In this document: positions 31,330-41,466 of the stretch, in pieces
Layout of the letters: each line of letters begins with the position of its first letter
Position numbering within the stretch: position 1 is the stretch's first letter
DNA from: a virus
Virus record (IMG/VR): IMGVR_UViG_3300033153_015023
Coordinates: 16,026-80,025 of that record
Length of the DNA stretch: 64,000 nucleotides
Strand: one strand, 5' to 3'
Made by a program: the position numbers and the translations under genes
The notes under the pieces: model-generated
The model's input: the letters and a program-made list of their open reading frames with translations, nothing else
Database searches by the model: none
What the model was told of the DNA's origin: nothing

Positions 31330-31752
31330 ATGAAGAAGGTTGTATGTTTACTAAGTTTATTGTTTCTTCTAAGTTCTTGCGCTTATGAATTGACTTCAAC
31401 TATTGAAGCGTGGAACTGGACCTTTAGTCCAATTCGAGACTTAGAAGTAAGTGTTGATGGAGATGTGAAAGTTGTTCCTGGTTTGGCTCCTTATATGAGG
31501 TCGTGGGAAGTTACTTGGGAAGTTGGTTTTTTGGGAAGTGAAGATTACGATCTTGAAATAGGAGTAAAAGAAATTGGTGGTGCATGGATATGGGTAACAG
31601 GAATGATTAATACTACTGACACTCATTATATCACTATATACGATACCTATTTTACATATCCTAAAAGTATTTCTGTGGATGATAACCTGCATATGATGAT
31701 TTCAACTGAACCTCCGAATATTAAAGAGCTTGTAAAGTTGAAAGGAGAATAA
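31330..31752 (+). CDS. Predicted lipoprotein
   Basis: MKK + hydrophobic stretch + LLSSC lipobox. Confidence 0.7.
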   Translation: MKKVVCLLSLLFLLSSCAYELTSTIEAWNWTFSPIRDLEVSVDGDVKVVPGLAPYMRSWEVTWEVGFLGSEDYDLEIGVKEIGGAWIWVTGMINTTDTHYITIYDTYFTYPKSISVDDNLHMMISTEPPNIKELVKLKGE

Positions 31753-31991
31753 AATGCCTATAACATCATGTACAAAGAAAGGTAAACCTGGTTTCAAGTG
31801 GGGTAAGAGTGGGAAATGTTATCCTTATACTCCTGGAAACAAAGTAAGTAAGACAGCTGCAAGGAAGAAAGCTGCTAGACAAGCCGCCGCGATTCATGCT
31901 TCTGGATATAGAGAGAAAAAATAATACCTCCTCTTTTCCTTTATGAAACCTATGTATTTCTATTATTACAGATAAACAGAAAAACTTTTAA

Positions 31992-32684
31992 TTGGAGGAC
32001 GCAATGGAAATGTTGCACGAGTATCTCTTTATGGATCTACAGTGGTTCGCAGAAGGGGATGAAGGGGAAACAGAAGAAGAAAGAGAAGCAAGAGAGGCAA
32101 AGGAAGCTGAAGAGGCTACTAAAAAGCTTGAAGTAGATGGTCTTTCTGAAGAAGAACTAAAAACTCTTGTTAGAAAATTGGATGAGAACAATAAGAAGCT
32201 TTCTGGTCTCTCTCGAGAGCGGCTTCATGAAATCATGGAGAAAAAAGCCAAGTTGAGAGAGATTGAGAAAAAGGAGAAAGAGGAAAGGGAAGCAGCTCTT
32301 AAAGAGAAAGAGAAGTATAAAGAGCTGTACGAAGGACTAAAACCAAAATATGATGTTCTTGAGAAAGATGTAGCAAAGACACACACTCTTTTTGAAGAAG
32401 AGTTTGAATTGCTAAAGGAAAGTCTTCCAGAAGAGTATCATAAACTGATTCCGAAAACAGACATTCGAGAACAGGTAAATTGGATAAAGAATTTTCAGTT
32501 GACTGTTGTTGAAAAGGAAGAGCCTGCTGGCGAGAAAAAGAAAAGTGTTGGCGGTGGTAGTGAACCTTCTAAGAAGGGTTCAAAGGAAGAAGCAGGGAAA
32601 TCTGCAATTGAAGAGCAAATTCAAAAATGCGAGACGGCAGAAGAACTAGAAGAACTGCTAAGTAAATACGGTCGTACTGTATAA
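31992..32684 (+). CDS. Capsid scaffolding protein
   Basis: Highly charged coiled coil upstream of the capsid gene; N-terminal DLQWFAE. Confidence 0.8.
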   Translation: MEDAMEMLHEYLFMDLQWFAEGDEGETEEEREAREAKEAEEATKKLEVDGLSEEELKTLVRKLDENNKKLSGLSRERLHEIMEKKAKLREIEKKEKEEREAALKEKEKYKELYEGLKPKYDVLEKDVAKTHTLFEEEFELLKESLPEEYHKLIPKTDIREQVNWIKNFQLTVVEKEEPAGEKKKSVGGGSEPSKKGSKEEAGKSAIEEQIQKCETAEELEELLSKYGRTV

Positions 32685-32761
32685 AAAAGAATTGTTGAGA
32701 TTACAACTAGGCTTGGATCCAGGATAGGACAACAAAAAAATCTAACACAAGGAGATAAGCA

Positions 32762-33745
32762 ATGAAAACTAAACTTTTCAGTAATGTCCATTTACAGTGG
32801 TTTGCTGAGACTACAACTGCGACCCTAACCGGTCTTGTTCAGACTGCTTACAGTAAAGCTGTTGAGTTTGCTTTCCAGCCCAACTTGCTCTTTGCACAAT
32901 TTGCTCAGAGCAAAACGTGGAAGATCAGCGACAGAGATCCAATGCCTGGTGACGTTGTTACCTTTACGATCTTTGGCGCGCTTAGTACCGCGACAGGCGC
33001 TCTTTCTGAGACAGGAGATCCTACTGCAGCTACAATGACTAAAACTCAGAGGAGTGTAACTCTTGCTGAGTACGGTCAGTTAGTGACTACTACTTCAAAA
33101 CTTCGGACTCTGTCTTTTGCGAACATCGATCTTTCCGCTGCAAGAGTGGTTGGTGACAGTATGGGGAAGAGTATAGATTTAATCGCTCGAGCTGCTTTTG
33201 ATTCTCATACAGGATCTTCGTACGTTAAGTACGCAAGTGGTTCAAATGCTACTGCAGTTTTATCTTCATCAACTATTACAGCTGCAGACATTCGTTATGC
33301 GCACAACAGGTTGGCAAGAGGTAATGTTATCAAGCCCGATGGTATGTTTTATGTTGCAATAGTGCATCCAGATGTATCTCATGACTTGAGAGCAGAGACA
33401 GGCAGCGGTGCTTGGCGTGCTCCGAAAGAGTATGTCGATCCGGCAAATATCTACAATGGAGAGATTGGCTCTTTCGAAGGCTTTCGCTTCGTTGAGACTT
33501 CAAATGCAAATCTATCGACTGATGGTGCTTCTGGTTCTGTTGATCTTTATACTTCGTACTTCTTCGGCTATCAAGCTGTTGGGTATGGAGAAGGGATTGC
33601 ACCGGCGATGGGTATATCAGGTCCGTTTGATGCCCTGCAACGCCTGATGAATGTGTATTGGTACAGTTTGTGTGGGTTCGGAGAATTACGGAGAGAGAGT
33701 CTCTTCAAGTTCTACAGTGCATCCAGCGTAGGTTCTAATAGTTAA
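32762..33745 (+). CDS. Major capsid protein (N4-gp56-like, HK97 fold)
   Basis: G..VTF, LSE...P, VTLAEYG, VAIVHP.V.HDL, GEIGSFEGFRFVET; follows scaffold. Confidence 0.88.
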   Translation: MKTKLFSNVHLQWFAETTTATLTGLVQTAYSKAVEFAFQPNLLFAQFAQSKTWKISDRDPMPGDVVTFTIFGALSTATGALSETGDPTAATMTKTQRSVTLAEYGQLVTTTSKLRTLSFANIDLSAARVVGDSMGKSIDLIARAAFDSHTGSSYVKYASGSNATAVLSSSTITAADIRYAHNRLARGNVIKPDGMFYVAIVHPDVSHDLRAETGSGAWRAPKEYVDPANIYNGEIGSFEGFRFVETSNANLSTDGASGSVDLYTSYFFGYQAVGYGEGIAPAMGISGPFDALQRLMNVYWYSLCGFGELRRESLFKFYSASSVGSNS

Positions 33746-33765
33746 GAGTAGTGAACAAAAAAAAT

Positions 33766-33798
33766 AAATGGGGAGCTTAAACTAGCTTCCCATTTTTT
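33766..33798 (+). terminator. Intrinsic terminator after the capsid gene
   Basis: AAATGGGGAGCT-TAAACT-AGCTTCCCATTT followed by a T tract. Confidence 0.85.
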
Positions 33799-33823
33799 CT
33801 AAAAAAGAAAAGGAGCCAAGAAA

Positions 33824-35929
33824 ATGGTAGAGAGTGTAAAAAGAGCAACAGTTTCTGTTGCTTTGATCGTAAAGGATGAGGCAGCTACATTAAATCCTTG
33901 CCTCAAGAGTGTGCGAGATGTAGTTGATGAAATAGTCGTTCTTGTAGATGATCGAACTACTGACAGGACCTTTGAGATTGCAAAGAAGTACGCCGACATA
34001 GTAGAGTATTTCAAGTGGAGTGATTTTTCTACCGCAAGGAATGCTTCTATTAAAAAGTGCGGTAGTGAATGGATTTTGATAATGGACGGTCATGAAGTCC
34101 TGCATCCGAAATCAAAACCTATTCTCACTAATCTTTTAGAGAGAGTATTGCCTCAGAAAGATTTAAGTGATACCGGGATGTTTAGCGCATTCGTTTATAT
34201 GAACCCGAAGGGAAAAGGTTCTATTGAGGAGATGATTCCGGATACATTTTTTCTTCAGCCACGGTTGTTCATAAACAATGGAGATTATGCTTATACCGGA
34301 CGCGTACATAATTGGTTAAATACGAAAGCAAAAAGTAAGTTACAGAAACGTCCGGTGAATGAACTAGTATTCATTCACAAGAGAACAGAGAAGAATAGTA
34401 AGCTTCGAAAAGAGGAGCGACGGAACGTAAATATTCCAGCACTTAAATTAGATATTAAAGATAATCCAAAAAGTCCTCGTCCATATTTCTATCTTGGGAA
34501 TGCATATAATGAATTAGAAGAGTGGGAAGAAGCGCTTTCGTGGTATAAGAAATATCTAAAGTTATCTACTTGGGGAGCAGAGCGTGCTCATGCAATGTTG
34601 ATGATGGGAACAATCTACGCACAGAAAAAAGAATATAAGGAAGCAACTCAGATATTAAAAGAAGCTATTAAAGAAGATTGGGAAAGAGCTGAAATATATC
34701 TAGTGCTCGGTGATATTGCATTCGATCAGAAAGATCTTTATCAAGCAGAGCATTGGTGGAAGTCTGCAATAGAGATGAAACCTCCGATGAATAATCTATT
34801 TTTACATGGTCCTGCTTATACATACATGCCTCATCAAAGTTTAGCAAAGTTATATTCTACAGTTGGTGAGTGGATGAAAGCTCTTCAACATGCAGAGAAG
34901 GCAATATCTCTTGGTTGTGCCAATCAGGATATGATATCGAAAATGGCTATATGGAAAACGAAATTAGGTTTAGATTCTAATAAGAAGAATATTATCCTTT
35001 ACGATGAAAACAATCAGTTTGCTTTTCTGAAAGATATCCGGAGGAACTTGACAAAGAAGTTTAATGTCGCTACTTCTGTAGAGTATGATACCGAGCAAGC
35101 TGGTTGGGCAGATGTTGTTTGGTTCGAGTGGTGTAATAAGAACATTTTACGTGCGTCTGAAATGGTGAAACCGGAAGGGCAAACATGGATCGTTCGTCTG
35201 CACGGATATGAAGTATTCAATCCTGATAGAATGACATATGTAAATTGGAGTAAGATTGATGTGTTGATATTTGTTGCCGATCATATACGGAAACACTTTG
35301 ACGAGAATTATTGGATTCCAGATAATGTAAAGACTGTTGTAATTCCAAATGGTGTTGATCTTAACAGATGGAGTTTTGCAAAGAGAGAGTATAGCAAACA
35401 AAAGAATATTGGTATTATAGGTATTTTGACTGAGAAGAAAGGGCCCCTCCTCCTTGCAAAGGTGATAAGACATTTTTCAAAGACACATCCTGATTATAGA
35501 TTTCTGCTCCGGTTTGATTCTTTGAAGAAACCAAACGTTTTTGAGCATGTCTTGCAGTATGAATTGAGAGACTTGACAAATTGGGAATGGATAGACCGTG
35601 TTGAATCAATAAATAGCTGGATGGAGGATATAAAGTTTCTTATATCAACAAGCGTATTAGAGTCGTTTAGCTACGTAGTTGCAGAGGCAATGGCGAAAGG
35701 AATTAAACCTCTGATTCATGATTTTAAAGGATCGAGGGATCTATATCCAGCAGAGTTTATTTGGCGTGATATAGATGAGCTAGAAAAAGTGTTTGATGGA
35801 GAATATAAGTCTGATGAGTATCGTAAATGGATAGAAGATCATTATTCTATTGACAAACAGATGAAGCAGATTTTTGAGTTGCTGGAAGATAAAACCAATA
35901 AAGAAAATAATCCTCAGAATAGTGGGTAA
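33824..35929 (+). CDS. Multidomain glycosyltransferase (GT2 + TPR + GT4)
   Basis: IVKDEA..L..CL.S, DFSTARN, ILIMDGHE, GRVHN; TPRs; IPNGVD, ESFSYVVAEAMAKG. Confidence 0.88.
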   Translation: MVESVKRATVSVALIVKDEAATLNPCLKSVRDVVDEIVVLVDDRTTDRTFEIAKKYADIVEYFKWSDFSTARNASIKKCGSEWILIMDGHEVLHPKSKPILTNLLERVLPQKDLSDTGMFSAFVYMNPKGKGSIEEMIPDTFFLQPRLFINNGDYAYTGRVHNWLNTKAKSKLQKRPVNELVFIHKRTEKNSKLRKEERRNVNIPALKLDIKDNPKSPRPYFYLGNAYNELEEWEEALSWYKKYLKLSTWGAERAHAMLMMGTIYAQKKEYKEATQILKEAIKEDWERAEIYLVLGDIAFDQKDLYQAEHWWKSAIEMKPPMNNLFLHGPAYTYMPHQSLAKLYSTVGEWMKALQHAEKAISLGCANQDMISKMAIWKTKLGLDSNKKNIILYDENNQFAFLKDIRRNLTKKFNVATSVEYDTEQAGWADVVWFEWCNKNILRASEMVKPEGQTWIVRLHGYEVFNPDRMTYVNWSKIDVLIFVADHIRKHFDENYWIPDNVKTVVIPNGVDLNRWSFAKREYSKQKNIGIIGILTEKKGPLLLAKVIRHFSKTHPDYRFLLRFDSLKKPNVFEHVLQYELRDLTNWEWIDRVESINSWMEDIKFLISTSVLESFSYVVAEAMAKGIKPLIHDFKGSRDLYPAEFIWRDIDELEKVFDGEYKSDEYRKWIEDHYSIDKQMKQIFELLEDKTNKENNPQNSG

Positions 35930-35941
35930 AGGATTTAGTTT

Positions 35942-36832
35942 ATGGAACAAATTAGAATATTTCCAGTTTGTAGAGGTAGACGCGATCTCTTCCAAAAGCT
36001 TGTAGATTATTGGGATACTGTTTCTTATTATATCCCTGTTAATTCATTTGAGGATGCAGATGTTATATGGGTTGAGTGGGCAAACGAACAGAGTGTGTAT
36101 GCTTCTCAAAAATCTCCAAAGAAAAATGTGATAGTTCGGATTTGTGGTAGTGAATACTATCAAGAATTTTGGAAGGAGTGGGGATCACAGATCGCTAGAG
36201 TGATTTCTATAAATGCAGTTTTTAAGACACCATTTCCAACTATACATATTCCGAACTTTGTTGATACTGAGTTTTGGCGTTCTTTGACAAGAGAGAGATC
36301 GAGAACTATTGCAATGCTGGGAGATTTTACTTATCGTAAAGGACAGATTGGATTGTTACGAATGCTTACTGAGCGATCAAAGTTCTTTGAAAAGGTGTTG
36401 ATGGTAGGTCCATTAAAGTTGGATAATAAAGGATATGAAGCAGAGGCGAGAGGGAATATAATGCAGCTTAAATATCTCGCTGAAGACCAGGGAGTTGAAT
36501 TAGAAATTCGGGATGTTCAATCTCCTGAAGACGTAAGAGAGATTATTAACTCTGTTTCTTTTGTTGTAAGTAGTTCAATAAGTGAAATGTGTCATCGTGT
36601 GATGCAAGAGGCTATGAGTTGTAATACTCCGGTACTAATAGCAAATTGGTTGGGCTCAAAAGAAGTGTATCCAAAGGAATTAATATATTCAAACGCAAAA
36701 GAGTTTTGGTCTCTCGTAGATAATTATCCAAATATAGATTTAAGACAGTACGTTTTGGATCACTTCGCACGAGAAGTTATCCTTCCACAAATTGATAGAG
36801 TAATCAAGGAAGTTGCGGAGGAAGTGAAATGA
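35942..36832 (+). CDS. GT-B (GT4-like) glycosyltransferase
   Basis: IPNFVD, YRKG, SSISE......EAMSC..PV; resembles the C-terminal domain of the preceding gene. Confidence 0.8.
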   Translation: MEQIRIFPVCRGRRDLFQKLVDYWDTVSYYIPVNSFEDADVIWVEWANEQSVYASQKSPKKNVIVRICGSEYYQEFWKEWGSQIARVISINAVFKTPFPTIHIPNFVDTEFWRSLTRERSRTIAMLGDFTYRKGQIGLLRMLTERSKFFEKVLMVGPLKLDNKGYEAEARGNIMQLKYLAEDQGVELEIRDVQSPEDVREIINSVSFVVSSSISEMCHRVMQEAMSCNTPVLIANWLGSKEVYPKELIYSNAKEFWSLVDNYPNIDLRQYVLDHFAREVILPQIDRVIKEVAEEVK

Positions 36833-37830
36833 AAATATTAATTACTGGTGTTGCTGGTCTATTAGGATCAAGATTAGCCGATTGGATTATAGAAAATACA
36901 GATAATACAGTTATCGGTATTGACAATCTAAGTGGAGGATATATAGAAAATGTAAATAAAAGTGTAATTTTTTATAAGTTTGATCTATCTACAGAAGTAA
37001 TAACATTAGATAGTATATTTTCTAAATATAAACCAAGTATTGTATATCATTTTGCAGCATATGCCGCTGAAGGATTGAGTCCATTTATGCGACGATTTAA
37101 TTATATGAATAATTTAATCGCATCTATCAATTTGATCAATAGTAGTATTAAATACAGCGTAAAAAGATTCGTTTTCGCAAGTTCAATGTCAGTATATGGA
37201 GATAAATATTCGACACCATTTGATGAAAATATGATACCGGCTCCTATAGATCCATATGGAATAGCAAAGTATGCTGTTGAGCAAGATTTACATGTTGCAT
37301 ATATACAACATAATCTGGAATATACTATTATACGACCGCACAATTTTTATGGCGTTAATCAAAATATATGGGACAAGTATAGAAATGTAATAGGGATCTG
37401 GATGTATCAAATACTCAATAAGATTAGACCAACTATATTTGGAGATGGAGAACAAAAAAGGGCGTTTAGTTATGTTGACGATTCGATCGTACCTTTTTGG
37501 AATGCATCGCAGAGAGATTTATGTATAGGAGAGATTATAAATCTAGGCGGTATTAACGTATATACTATTAATCAAGCTATGAAATTAGTGTTAAAAGTTA
37601 CCGGTACTAGTTTGAAACCTGTTTATTTAGAAAAAAGACATGAAACAAAAAACGCGTGGAGCACATGGAAGAAATCTGTTGAACTGCTGAATTTTAAACA
37701 CAGAACCGCATTGCAAGATGGTATTCAAATAATGTGGAATTGGGCTAAGAGGCAACCAAACAGAGAACGTCGTATTTGGAAGCAGTATGAGTTAGAAAAG
37801 AATATTTACAATTATTGGAAAATAATGTAA
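36829..37830 (+). CDS. NAD-dependent sugar-nucleotide epimerase/dehydratase
   Basis: ITGVAGLLGS, HFAA, SSMSVYG, YGIAK, RAFSYVDD. Confidence 0.92.
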   Translation: MKILITGVAGLLGSRLADWIIENTDNTVIGIDNLSGGYIENVNKSVIFYKFDLSTEVITLDSIFSKYKPSIVYHFAAYAAEGLSPFMRRFNYMNNLIASINLINSSIKYSVKRFVFASSMSVYGDKYSTPFDENMIPAPIDPYGIAKYAVEQDLHVAYIQHNLEYTIIRPHNFYGVNQNIWDKYRNVIGIWMYQILNKIRPTIFGDGEQKRAFSYVDDSIVPFWNASQRDLCIGEIINLGGINVYTINQAMKLVLKVTGTSLKPVYLEKRHETKNAWSTWKKSVELLNFKHRTALQDGIQIMWNWAKRQPNRERRIWKQYELEKNIYNYWKIM

Positions 37831-38066
37831 AAACCGTCTTGAGAAGTAGAAGACAATTAAATGATATAGAAATAATTATCTCATAGAAGGGAGTGGATAA
37901 TGGCTAAGAAAATAAAGAAAGGTGTTCCGAAGAGAGATGGTAGTGGAAAAGGAATAGGAGCAAATCGAAATACCGACAGTTGTTCAAAAGGCGGCCCTGG
38001 ATTTGGTCGAGGTGGTGGTAGAGGAAAGGGGTCTAACAGAAAGAAGTAAACCAAGGAGTTTATGAT

Positions 38067-38612
38067 ATGGGAGAGCAGGCGTATTATATAAGAAAATTAC
38101 TTAATATAGTGATGGGGAATAGAGATACCTCTTTTGTGGTAATCGACGCCGCTTATGAGATGATTCGTCTTGGTTGGAGTTTTTCTCGATCTACATCATT
38201 TACAAAAGGAGATGGAGAGAATGCGGATGTTCTCATTGTGGTACCTGATATTGACATTGAGTTTCATTTTATAATGGCTTACTCTTCATCTGGTCCGGGA
38301 ACAATTTATTTATATGAAGGGGCAGATGGTAGTGGTGGTTCTGCAATTCCTTTGTATAATGACAATCGGAACTCTTCAAATATAAGCAACATTATTGCAA
38401 CATCTACTCCATCAATCACTACACCTGGAACGGAGTTATCCTCAAAACAAATTGGATCTAATGGAATAGGTCAGACGTCTTTCGGTGCAATAAGTGCATC
38501 GCGACATGAATGGATTTTAAAGCGTAATACAAAGTATTTGATTCGCTTTTCATCAACAGCTGCGGGAAATGTAATGGTTTTAACTGTCAATATATTTGAA
38601 TATGGTCATTAA
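38067..38612 (+). CDS. Hypothetical beta-rich protein, possibly virion-associated
   Basis: S/T/G-rich; lies within the morphogenesis region. Confidence 0.5.
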   Translation: MGEQAYYIRKLLNIVMGNRDTSFVVIDAAYEMIRLGWSFSRSTSFTKGDGENADVLIVVPDIDIEFHFIMAYSSSGPGTIYLYEGADGSGGSAIPLYNDNRNSSNISNIIATSTPSITTPGTELSSKQIGSNGIGQTSFGAISASRHEWILKRNTKYLIRFSSTAAGNVMVLTVNIFEYGH

Positions 38613-38621
38613 AGAGGTAAG

Positions 38622-39521
38622 ATGAATAACTTAATTACGGTTGTAATACCGACGTATAATGAGAAGGAAGAGCTCCTTCGAAAAGCGATTGAGAGCGTGC
38701 TTAATCAGACCTACAGAAAAATTGAGTTAATTGTAGTAGACGACGGCTCTACAGACAGTACTCCAGAAATCCTAAAGGGTTATGGAAAAGACATTCGAGT
38801 GTTTCGACGAGAGAGAGATTCTGAATTCAGATCTGTCTCCCAAGCACGTAACATAGGATTGGAAAAAGCAAAAGGGAAGTGGTGGAGTAACTTAGACGCG
38901 GATTGGTGGCTCGAAAAAGATTGGGCAGAAAGATGTATTGAATTTATCGCTGGGAGGGAGAATGAGATTCTCGGTGTTCACGTCGACTTTGCTGTACATC
39001 ATTTTGATGGTAGGATAGAACATGTGCATGTTGGCGAAAGATACGATCCTTGTCTAAGCACTCTCGAAAACTACAAGAAACATGAAGCTTTGTTTGGTAA
39101 GTTTTTTAGGATGGACGTCTGTAGGAAAACCGGTCCTTTTGATACGAGATTTCCTAGAAAGCAAAATCGAGAGTGGACTCTTAGATTTCTTCAGCATGGA
39201 AACTTAGTTTATCTTCCAAAGGAGTTGGCTCACTTTGTCTTTCACGAACCCGATCAAATGAAGGAAAGGGCTTCTGTAAAGTATCGGATTCTTGCCGATT
39301 TAAAGAATGGAATCGACATCGAGCACAATATGAGAATCGCATATGATTCTGAAGATGGTAGGTATTCTATGGTGGATGCCTTTAGAACATTTTTTACTGT
39401 TCCTGAGTGGAGTAAAGAAAGAACCTCCGGAAAAACTTTCGAGAGAATCGAAAAAGCAAAAAAAATCTGCGATGAGGAAGCATCCGAATCGTGGGAGAGA
39501 GGGTATAGTAGAAAGAAATGA
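38622..39521 (+). CDS. GT2 glycosyltransferase, paralog A
   Basis: VVIPTYN, VVDDGSTD, ARNIG, LDAD. Confidence 0.9.
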   Translation: MNNLITVVIPTYNEKEELLRKAIESVLNQTYRKIELIVVDDGSTDSTPEILKGYGKDIRVFRRERDSEFRSVSQARNIGLEKAKGKWWSNLDADWWLEKDWAERCIEFIAGRENEILGVHVDFAVHHFDGRIEHVHVGERYDPCLSTLENYKKHEALFGKFFRMDVCRKTGPFDTRFPRKQNREWTLRFLQHGNLVYLPKELAHFVFHEPDQMKERASVKYRILADLKNGIDIEHNMRIAYDSEDGRYSMVDAFRTFFTVPEWSKERTSGKTFERIEKAKKICDEEASESWERGYSRKK

Positions 39522-40399
39522 ACAATTTAATTACTGTTGTAATTCCTACTTACAATGAAAAAGAAGAGCTTCTCAGAAAAGCGATTGAGAGTATCCTTAA
39601 TCAGACGTATTCAGAAATTGAATTAATTGTTGTAGATGATGGAAGTACAGATGACACTCCCAGAATCTTAAAAGAATATGGAAATGATATTCGAATGTTT
39701 CGTAGAGAACGAGATTCTGCGTTTAGGTCTGTTTCACATGCATTTAATATTGGATTAGAGAGTGCAAAAGGAGGTTGGTGGCATCATGATGCAGCAGATT
39801 GCTATCACGAGCTTGACTGGGCTGAGCGCTGTATGGATTTTATTGCCAGGAGAGAAGATATTGTTCTCGGTGTTCATACTGATTTTGCTGTACATCATTT
39901 TAACGGACAAATCGAACACGTTAAAGTAGGACAGCAGTGGCGACGAGGTCTCAATTCTCTTGAAAATTATCGAAGATGCGAAGCACTTGGTGGAATGATC
40001 TTTCGAATGGATGCTTGTAGAAAAGCAGGACCTTGGGATATTCGATTTCCTCGAAAACAAACAAGAGAGTGGACGATGAGAGTTTTACAGTTAGGAGATC
40101 TTGCTTATCTACCCAGAGAACTCTGGCATTTCGTATTTCATGAGAGTAATCAGATGAAACGGAATGCTACCGTAAAGTATCGAATTCTTGCCGATCTGAA
40201 AAACGGATTTGATATTCAAGGAAATATAGAAATCGCTTATGGCTCTGAGAGCGGTAGATATGCGATGGCAGATGCATTTAGAACATTCTTCACTACTCCG
40301 GAATGGGGGAAAGAAAGGTTATCAGGAAAGACTTTCGATCAATTAGAGAAAGCAAAAAAAATCTGTGACGAGGAAGCGTCCGAACAATGGGAGAAGTAA
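39518..40399 (+). CDS. GT2 glycosyltransferase, paralog B
   Basis: Same motifs as paralog A; DXD region reads HDAAD. Confidence 0.88.
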   Translation: MNNLITVVIPTYNEKEELLRKAIESILNQTYSEIELIVVDDGSTDDTPRILKEYGNDIRMFRRERDSAFRSVSHAFNIGLESAKGGWWHHDAADCYHELDWAERCMDFIARREDIVLGVHTDFAVHHFNGQIEHVKVGQQWRRGLNSLENYRRCEALGGMIFRMDACRKAGPWDIRFPRKQTREWTMRVLQLGDLAYLPRELWHFVFHESNQMKRNATVKYRILADLKNGFDIQGNIEIAYGSESGRYAMADAFRTFFTTPEWGKERLSGKTFDQLEKAKKICDEEASEQWEK

Positions 40400-40400
40400 A

Positions 40401-40823
40401 ATGGCTTGGACTGAAATATCTACAGTAGCACAGCTACGAAAAAATATTCCGATGCTAAAAGATACAGACATTAGCGAAGCAACTCTTGAAGCTAATATTG
40501 AGGATGCAAAGGATATAATATACGACGATTTGAGTAAGTTTGTAGATTGGGATGAGGCTGAAAAACTCGATGTTGTTCCCAGAGTCATTAACCGTCTTGC
40601 TCAGTACCAAGCAGCAATGGTAACAATCATCCGAAACTTTCATAGTGATGAAAATATGATTGGAAGTGAAGAAGGTGAAAATACAATTTACAATCACTAC
40701 AAAGGTCTCTATGACAAATTAATGGCTCAAATAGAGACCGGAGATATTCGCATCTTAGATAGTGATAATGAAGAACTGGAACCAGATGTAATGCGGAAAC
40801 CTGGTCTAGGAAGGATAATATAA
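40401..40823 (+). CDS. Head-tail adaptor (Mu gp36-like)
   Basis: IEDA..II...L, VP.VI.RLA...A, Y......M.QI..G.I.I; position. Confidence 0.65.
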   Translation: MAWTEISTVAQLRKNIPMLKDTDISEATLEANIEDAKDIIYDDLSKFVDWDEAEKLDVVPRVINRLAQYQAAMVTIIRNFHSDENMIGSEEGENTIYNHYKGLYDKLMAQIETGDIRILDSDNEELEPDVMRKPGLGRII

Positions 40824-41303
40824 TTGGCTGAAACTGCCGTTACAATCGACTTTCATAATACACTTCACGTTCTCAAGTCAATTAAGCTAATTGCAAAAGA
40901 TCAGCGTAAGTACAAGCTCTTTCGAAAAATAGCAAAGCTGCTTTTTCATAGTTGGTGGGGAGAGACATTTCAAAAGCAGGGTGCTAGGAGAGGACATCCG
41001 AGATGGAGACCACTAAATTCTAAATACGCGAGATGGAAAAGAGTGCATGGAAAGGCAACAGAGCCTTTGATTCTTACAGGACACTTACAAGGTTCTCCTC
41101 AGATACTAAAAGAATTTAAAACAAGATTGATTTGGGGAACAAAAGTTCCGTATGCTCAATATCATCAGAAACCTACTGTTTCTGGTAGACCTCCGAAGAG
41201 AGAAATGGTTTTCATTACTGCAAGAGATAAAGTTGAACTAAAGACTTTCATTGAAAGGTTTATTGAGAATGTATTAAGGAAGGCAAATAAAAATGGTATC
41301 TAA
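40824..41303 (+). CDS. Virion morphogenesis / tail completion protein (Mu gpG-like)
   Basis: F..QG......W.PL..KY, LILTG.L..S, GT.VPYA.YHQ, P.R...FI. Confidence 0.8.
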   Translation: MAETAVTIDFHNTLHVLKSIKLIAKDQRKYKLFRKIAKLLFHSWWGETFQKQGARRGHPRWRPLNSKYARWKRVHGKATEPLILTGHLQGSPQILKEFKTRLIWGTKVPYAQYHQKPTVSGRPPKREMVFITARDKVELKTFIERFIENVLRKANKNGI

Positions 41304-41466
41304 ATGTCGTATATGGGATCGAGTACTCACTGACGATGAAATAAAAACTATGTACAAATATCCTTATTTAATACCTGCGGGCAGCGAGGTTTTAATAATT
41401 TATAAACCTTTCTTTCAAAAGGTAAAGGAAATGTTATTAAATGTTTTTAAAGGGATAAATAAATGA
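41293..41466 (+). CDS. 57-aa ORF carrying only the terminal LamG motif
   Basis: CRIWDRVLTDDEIKTMY resembles LRIYNRVLTEAEIKYLY of the tail protein. Confidence 0.45.
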   Translation: MVSKCRIWDRVLTDDEIKTMYKYPYLIPAGSEVLIIYKPFFQKVKEMLLNVFKGINK

